A stretch of DNA of 64,000 nt from Dehalococcoidia bacterium (GTDB lineage: Bacteria; Chloroflexota; Dehalococcoidia; Lucifugimonadales; UBA3495). A program made the translations under genes and the position numbers. The notes beneath the pieces are model-generated. The model searched no databases and was not told the DNA's origin. It was given only the letters and a program-made list of their open reading frames with translations. Positions 58,638 through 64,000 of this stretch are shown in pieces. The stretch lies in assembly GCA_965205495.1 (NCBI GenBank), contig CBDBHA010000001.1, positions 264,091 to 328,090 of the forward strand. Direction: 5' to 3'. Position 1 is the stretch's first letter. Each line of letters starts with the position of its first letter.

Positions 58638-59297
58638 ATGACCACCGAGGCGGTTAAACTGGAACTGGAGCCCAGGGAAGTGCTGGGCAAAAAGGTCAAG
58701 CAACTGCGGCGTACCGGAGTGGTTCCGGTGCACCTATACGGGCCGGGGGTCGAGTCCCGGTCTCTGCAATGCCAGCAGCGGGAGGTGGTGCGGGCCCTGG
58801 CCCGCTCCGGCGGCACCACCCCCATCATGATTACGGTTAAAGGCGCGTCGGCCGAGCTTCTGACCTTCGCCCGGGAGGTCCAGTGGCATCCGGTGCGGGG
58901 CGACATTCTCCACGTTGATTTCCTGGCCGTCCGCGCCACGCAACGGATGGCGGCCCAGGTGCCCATCACGCTGGTTGGTGAGTCGCCCGGAGCGCGGGAC
59001 GCGGGCGGGACCGCGATGCAGCAGCTAAGGGAGCTATCAATCGAGGCCCTTCCGATGGAGATTCCCTCCGAGATTGAGTTGGACCTGGCGCTGTTGACCG
59101 ACCCGGAAGGGGCGTTGCGGGCCGGCGACATCACTCTTTTGGGCAACGTCACCTTGCTTACCGACCCTGAAGTCGTGGTGGTGCGGATTGAAGTGACCCG
59201 CGCCGAAGAGCCGGTGGGGGCTCCGGAAGATGTCGGCGGGGCCCAGGCCCCGGAAGGCGGACCAGCCGAAGAGCCCGGCAGCGAAGAAGGCGCGTAG
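58638..59297 (+). CDS. rplY: 50S ribosomal protein L25/Ctc
   Basis: LELEPREVLGKKVKQLRRTGVVPVHLYG..HPVRGDILHVDF. Acidic C-terminal tail. Confidence 0.85.
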   Translation: MTTEAVKLELEPREVLGKKVKQLRRTGVVPVHLYGPGVESRSLQCQQREVVRALARSGGTTPIMITVKGASAELLTFAREVQWHPVRGDILHVDFLAVRATQRMAAQVPITLVGESPGARDAGGTAMQQLRELSIEALPMEIPSEIELDLALLTDPEGALRAGDITLLGNVTLLTDPEVVVVRIEVTRAEEPVGAPEDVGGAQAPEGGPAEEPGSEEGA

Positions 59298-59399
59298 CGG
59301 ACTTCTCCTGGGGTTGGGATGCCAAACCCTTCCTCCGGGGACCGGTCAACCCTATCTCACCGGCAAGTTTGGGCGTTTGCCCCAATTGGGAGGCCAATA

Positions 59400-60164
59400 A
59401 TGTATCTGGTCTACATGGGAGAATCGGGCGATACCGGCACCAGCCTGGCTGATGCCAACCAGACGCACCACGTGCATACCGGCTTGCTGGTCCACGAACA
59501 GCAGTGCATCTCCATGAACGGCGAGTTTAACGCTCTTTGCCGCCGCCATTTCGGCAGCCCGTTGGGCGAGTCGGGGATACCCCGGGAGTTGCGGGCCGGG
59601 CCGATCTACCAGGGAACCGGGTTCTACTCCTCCTGGAGTCCCCAAAAGCGGGCCGAGCTGCTCCAGGACTGCCTCAACATTCTGATGCGGCGGGAGACCC
59701 CCGCTATCGTCGCCTACATCGACAAGAAGGAGTTTTCCGAGGCTAAGGCCGGCGGGGCCAGCCCCTACGCCTACCTGGGCAGTCCCTCGGAAATTACCAT
59801 CAGCAAGTTCCTGTTGGCGCTGAATATGTACGTTGATGAGATAGCGGTCACCGACCCGAACCATGACGTCATGGCCGACGTTCCCATTCGGGATTACAGC
59901 CTGGTGGTGGCGGGCCAGGGCAAGTCCATTGCCCCGTCCTTCATGAACCAGTTCCTGCGGAACGAAGTGGAAGTCCCCACCCCCGCGGTGCTGGAGAACT
60001 TCTGCTATGTGGCGGCGGAACATTCGGCGCCCACCCAGTTGGCCAATATGTGCTCCTACTTCATCCGCCGGTGGCTGCACGACCCGGACGGCGCGCATTC
60101 CTACTTCGATGCGCTTCAGCGTACGCGGGTGATCCAGGTTATCTACCCGGTCCAGTTTTACTAG
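59400..60164 (+). CDS. DUF3800-family protein
   Basis: MYLVYMGESGDTG N-terminus typical of DUF3800. GGGAGG RBS 6 nt upstream. Confidence 0.6.
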   Translation: MYLVYMGESGDTGTSLADANQTHHVHTGLLVHEQQCISMNGEFNALCRRHFGSPLGESGIPRELRAGPIYQGTGFYSSWSPQKRAELLQDCLNILMRRETPAIVAYIDKKEFSEAKAGGASPYAYLGSPSEITISKFLLALNMYVDEIAVTDPNHDVMADVPIRDYSLVVAGQGKSIAPSFMNQFLRNEVEVPTPAVLENFCYVAAEHSAPTQLANMCSYFIRRWLHDPDGAHSYFDALQRTRVIQVIYPVQFY

Positions 60165-60479
60165 GACCGTTCCGGGCCGAGCCCGGAATGGTTGATGATT
60201 TATGCGCCCTCGGCCTGAATTTGGCCGAGGGCTTTTACATGGAACGGGACAACCGGCGCGGGGTCTTTCCATTGTCACCCCGAATGCAGCGAGGGCTCTA
60301 AAGTCTTGGCCGTAAATCAATGGGGGTTTGTCTGGGAGATTTCAGACCCTTCGGCTGCGCTCAGGGTGATATTAAAAAGGAGCGAGGGAAAGCGTAGTAA
60401 AATGGTAAGGGCACTCATCTACCTATGATAATTGGGTTCCGGAGCCGTAGGTTACAACGCCTTTGGGAAAGAACAGGAA

Positions 60480-60737
60480 ATGCCGATGAAATATCCACCT
60501 CATCCGGGCCGGTCCATTCTTCGAGATTGCATCGAACCGTTGGGTTTGACCGTGGATGAGACGGCTGGAAAGTTGGAAGTCAGCCCGGAAGAGCTTCGAA
60601 GGGTTATCGACGGAGAGGCAGGAATAACCTTTGCCTTGGCCGTCAGTCTGGACAAGTTGTTTGGCTGCGGAGCATCTACCTGGTATCAATTGCAAGCGCA
60701 GCATGACGAGGCGCAGGAGCGGTTCGGATACCGATGA
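60480..60737 (+). CDS. HigA-type/XRE helix-turn-helix protein (antitoxin- or controller-like)
   Basis: PHPGRSILRDCIEPLGLTVDETAGKLEVSPEELRRVIDGEAGIT..LAVSLDKLFG..STWYQLQAQHD. Start uncertain (60432, 60480 or 60486). Confidence 0.7.
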   Translation: MPMKYPPHPGRSILRDCIEPLGLTVDETAGKLEVSPEELRRVIDGEAGITFALAVSLDKLFGCGASTWYQLQAQHDEAQERFGYR

Positions 60738-61066
60738 TTTATCAGCCTGCTTCTGAGGATGCTCCACAATTAGTAGCTGGCATCCTCCTTAAGACATACG
60801 TTGAATGGAGTGCCGAATCAGACGAATATATTGGCCGTATCGATTCTGCGGAATGGAATCGGGAGATTCAGAAGTTGTACGCAGGCAAAGAAGTGATGAA
60901 TGCCCTTTATGCTGGCCTGCGGGAGCAACATTCTTTGCCCGAATTTGATGCAGAGAAATTGGTTGATTCCGATTCGGAATATCATGCTTCTGTTCTCAAG
61001 GAAGCCGAGAAGCTTCTTCGAAAAGGAACGGCTTCCGTAGCTGCATCAGCGCTGGCCGGAGTCTAA
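60734..61066 (+). CDS. Hypothetical protein
   Basis: 110 aa. ATGA overlap with the HTH gene. Lower GC. No motif recognised. Confidence 0.45.
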   Translation: MIYQPASEDAPQLVAGILLKTYVEWSAESDEYIGRIDSAEWNREIQKLYAGKEVMNALYAGLREQHSLPEFDAEKLVDSDSEYHASVLKEAEKLLRKGTASVAASALAGV

Positions 61067-61071
61067 CCACC

Positions 61072-62679
61072 ATGCCCAACACGCTTTACTACGGGGATAA
61101 CCTGCGAGTCCTCCGCGACCATATCCCCGACGAGTCGGTGGACCTGGTCTACCTGGACCCGCCCTTTAACTCCAACGCCTCTTACAACGTGCTGTTCCGG
61201 GAGAAGTCCGGGGAGGACTCTCCGGCCCAGATAAAGGCCTTCACCGATACCTGGGAGTGGACGGTGGGGACGGAGCGCACCTTTGAGCAGGACATCATCC
61301 TGCACCCGGGGACGCCTTCGGCGGTGAAGGACATGATTGCCGCCTTCCGCCAGTTCATCGGCCAGAACGCGATGATGGCCTACCTGGTGATGATGACGCC
61401 CCGCCTGGTGGAACTGCGGCGGGTGCTCAAGCCCACCGGCAGCCTTTACCTGCATTGCGACCCGACCGCCAGCCATTACTTGAAGCTGTTGTTGGATTCT
61501 GTGTTTGGGAAAGAAAATTTCTCCAACGAAATTACTTGGGTTAGGTCGTTGCCGCACAATGATGCGCATAGATTCGGGCGAAGCAGGGATTCCATTCTTC
61601 TTTACACTCGTTCCCATCAGGCTCACTTCAATTCTCAATTCCGCCCTCAGAAAGAATCAAGTGTAAGGGCCCATTACCGGGAAGGTAGTGATGGAAGAAT
61701 GTATAGGCTGGCTTCGTTGCTGGCACCCGGTGGTCGAGGACCCAGATATGAATTCAAGGGATTGGAGCGCAACTGGCGCTTTACCGAAGAGAACATGGAA
61801 AAACTTGAGGCCGACGGCAGAATTTGGTTCTAGCCGGGTAAGGTACCTCAGAGGATTCTTTATTTGGAGGAGTCCAAGGGTGCTTTAGTGCAAGATCATT
61901 GGGACGACATAAGCCCCATGAACGCTATGTCCAAAGAGCGCCTCGGCTACCCCACGCAGAAGCCCGAAGCACTATTGGAACGCATCATCCAAGCGTCATC
62001 GAACGAGGGGGACGTGGTGCTGGACCCTTTCTGCGGCTGTGGGACGGCGGTGGCGGCGGCGCAGAAACTAAACCGCCAGTGGATGGGCATTGACGTTACC
62101 CACCTGGCAGTGGCCCTGATGAAAAACCGCCTCAAGACTGGTTTCAACCTGGAGCCGGGGACGGACTATCAGGTGGTGGGCGAACCTCGGGACGTGGGCA
62201 GCGCCCGCACCCTTTGGGAACAGGACCCCTACCAGTTCCAGTTCTGGGCCATTTCCCTGCTGGAAGCCCAGCCGCAGGCGGAACAGCGGCGGGGCGCTGA
62301 CCGGGGCATCGACGGGGTAATCTACTTCGTGGACGGCTCCCGCCGGACGCCGGAAAAGGTGGTTATTCAGGTCAAGGGCGGGCGGGTGTCCTCCCCGCAA
62401 ATCCGCGACCTCAAGGGCGTGGTGGAGCGGGAAAAGGCGGCCCTCGGGTTGTTCATTCCCCTGGACGGCCCCACCCGGGACATGCGGACCGAGGCCGGCG
62501 GCGGCGGATTTTTCCACTCGGAGCTTTGGCAGAAGGACTACCCGAAAATCCAGATTCGGACAATTGGGGAGATGCTGTCGGACTCGGGCTTCTACCTGCC
62601 GCCCAGCACGTCGGCCGCCTATCAAGCCGCCCCGCGAGTCCGCTCTTCCCAAGGACGGCAGGAGGCGTTGGACGTTTAA
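61072..62679 (+). pseudogene. Beta-class N6-adenine DNA methyltransferase fused to an Mrr-like restriction-endonuclease domain, interrupted by one in-frame TAG (61831-61833)
   Basis: ORFs 61072..61833 and 61864..62679 share a frame. N-terminal part has motif IV YLDPPFNS. The part after the TAG has [20 protein letters not shown] (motif I) and then [19 protein letters not shown] (D..QxK nuclease core). Confidence 0.75.
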
Positions 62680-62685
62680 CGCCAC

Positions 62686-62715
62686 TGGACAGTCCCGCCG
62701 CCCAACATCTATAAT
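62686..62715 (+). promoter_or_regulatory. Possible promoter upstream of tRNA-Ser
   Basis: TGGACA (62686-62691), 18-nt spacer, TATAAT (62710-62715). Confidence 0.3.
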
Positions 62716-62796
62716 TGCGCCCCAAGGCTGAACCCCGTCCACGTTTGGCCGCCGTGGTTTTGACATCCCAACAACCGCCAATTGCCCCATTGCGCT

Positions 62797-62886
62797 GGAG
62801 AGGTGCCGGAGTGGACGAACGGGCGCGACTGGAAATCGCGTAGGGGTTAACGCCTCTCGCGGGTTCGAATCCCGCCCTCTCCGCCA
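62797..62886 (+). tRNA. tRNA-Ser (anticodon GGA)
   Basis: Acceptor ggagagg/cctctcc. Anticodon stem cgcga/tcgcg with loop cTGGAaa. Long variable arm. T arm gcggg-ttcgaat-cccgc. G-CCA end. Confidence 0.9.
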
Positions 62887-63230
62887 GGTTATCAGCTTTT
62901 ATAAGCGTGGATAGCCAGTTATTGAGACTGCGGCTGAACTATATATACCACTTTATATACCATCGAATGAACGGTGATTTTGAGGGTTCCGGCTCTTCAT
63001 CCTCCACATCTCCAGAATGACTATATCTCTAATTTGCACCAGAACAGCATTGTTGTTTGTGTCCGCACCCGTTCCGGTGATCCCTTAATCTCCACCCTCC
63101 CACTGGTTCACCTGTTTGCCCAATGTGACCTACATCGGTCACGGCCGCGGCAGATGTCTTTTCACCCGCCTCCCACTTGCCCGGCCTGGGTTCAGCCCGA
63201 TTATGATTGGGACCACACACAGAAGCTCAC

Positions 63231-63669
63231 CTAAACTAAAGCCAAGGTGGGATGTACATTTAAGTGGCGATGATGATCAGCTGGGTTGCGCTGGTGAATC
63301 CCTCTCATCCGTACTTGGAGAATGACCCGGCTCCGTCGTCTGCCCCCCACCATCTGCGCATTTCACCTTGGCTTTAGTTTAGTATTACAACGACGCTTCG
63401 CCAGGAAGGGATCCTGAGCGCCTCTTCATGGCGACCTTCCGTAACTGTTCAGACTTGAGGGGAATCGGCAGGGCAATCGCATTTGAGGCTAATATCCCCT
63501 CGGGTACCAACTGTAAAAGTTTTGCGCAGCTTTTTCAAAAGCGGGTCCCCCGCCCTCAAGTCTGAACAGTTACGACCTTCCTACGCGCTTGACAGCTTTG
63601 TGACCTTGCCTTCTGCGAAGCGATTTCCGGGCAAAAACTGACCAAATCGAGGAAGCGTCGTTGTAATAC
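63231..63669. repeat. Two adjacent hairpin/MITE-like elements with perfect 18-19-nt terminal inverted repeats
   Basis: Element X: ctaaactaaagccaaggtg (63231-63249) / caccttggctttagtttag (63364-63382). Element Y: gtattacaacgacgcttc (63382-63399) / gaagcgtcgttgtaatac (63652-63669). Y contains the family-A MITE. Confidence 0.8.
63441..63573. mobile_element. MITE, family A, 133 bp, with perfect 8-bp TSD gaccttcc
   Basis: TIRs gtaactgttcagacttgagggg / ccctcaagtctgaacagttac (21/22 match). TSD at 63433-63440 and 63574-63581. Confidence 0.9.
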
Positions 63670-63846
63670 TAGCGCGGTTCCCGAGGAGACGGCGACGCCA
63701 GCCCAGCGCCCGGCCGCGTTATTTCTTGTGGTCGGCTGTCACTGGTGGCAAAAGAATTGCAGTCAACAGGGGGCTGAATCCGTTTTTGTTCCACTAAAGC
63801 GGCAAGCCGGGCTATAATTCGAAGTAACTTAAGGGAAGGTGACGAT

Positions 63847-64000
63847 ATGGTAACTGCCATCAGCGACGATATGTTTACCCACGAGGCAATCGCCGATCCC
63901 TATGCCTATTACGGGCAGCTTCGGGAGGAGGACCCGGTCCACTGGAACGAACTGTACCAGGTCTGGGTGATCACCCGCCACGAAGATCTGGTGTGGCTGA
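63847..64000 (+). CDS. Cytochrome P450, N-terminal fragment; 3' end lies outside the window
   Basis: MVTAISDDMFTHEAIADPYAYYGQLREEDPVHWNELYQVWVITRHEDLVWL is a typical bacterial CYP N-terminus (DPY..Y..LR...PV.W......W.VTR..D). Not in the ORF track because there is no stop within the window. Confidence 0.7.
   Translation, partial: MVTAISDDMFTHEAIADPYAYYGQLREEDPVHWNELYQVWVITRHEDLVWL

Noticed and set aside
60165-60431. HigB-type toxin gene upstream of the HigA-like HTH gene
   Set aside because: No ORF of suitable size or composition is present. The only in-frame remnant before the HTH gene is an 8-codon MVRALIYL*, which is too short to call.
61831-61833. TAG read as pyrrolysine in the methyltransferase-endonuclease fusion
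   Set aside because: There are no pyl genes or methylamine-methyltransferase context in the window. The position is not a known Pyl site. A nonsense mutation or read error is far more parsimonious.

Overview
High-GC bacterial chromosome segment. Coding lines I counted by hand are about 60-65% GC. Shine-Dalgarno sites, CCA-encoded tRNAs and an L25/Ctc gene point to a bacterium. Gene content (F420 CofE, enolase-superfamily/SMP-30 pair, NHL-thioredoxin protein, many REP/MITE-like repeats) is compatible with an uncultivated Chloroflexota-like organism, but that is only inference.

The backbone is housekeeping and metabolic: hisH-hisA, PduO-type adenosyltransferase, cofE, dinB, argC, nth, aroQ, crcB, trxB, queF-yhhQ, rplY, tRNA-Glu and tRNA-Ser. 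It also includes two MFS transporters, an amidase and a large FAD/Fe-S oxidoreductase.

Several lower-GC accessory insertions interrupt this backbone:
- (i) A two-gene ParA-like ATPase + HEPN-motif cassette at 9.5-11.2 kb with its own extended -10 promoter. This is my top candidate for an undescribed defence or toxin-type system.
- (ii) An IS-riddled island at about 26.1-32.5 kb carrying secreted proteins, including a small metzincin with an anchored partner.
- (iii) A small-protein + retropepsin-like protease pair at 39.0-39.8 kb.
- (iv) A tRNA-Ser-adjacent block at 59.4-62.7 kb with DUF3800, an HTH protein, an unknown protein and a methyltransferase-endonuclease fusion broken by one in-frame TAG.

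Other notable points:
- A thioredoxin-fold/NHL gene carries an in-frame TGA exactly at the first Cys of the CxxC motif, followed by an 8-bp hairpin. It is a candidate selenoprotein with a SECIS element.
- A G14 homopolymer switches the C-terminus of a TIMP-like secreted protein.
- An IS66-derived MITE family has three complete copies, each with a perfect 8-bp target-site duplication. One copy rewrites the C-terminus of a gene.
- An IS5-derived MITE family, a frameshifted ISAs1 element and dense intergenic hairpin and tandem repeats are present.

All calls come from reading the sequence and ORF translations only. No database search was run.
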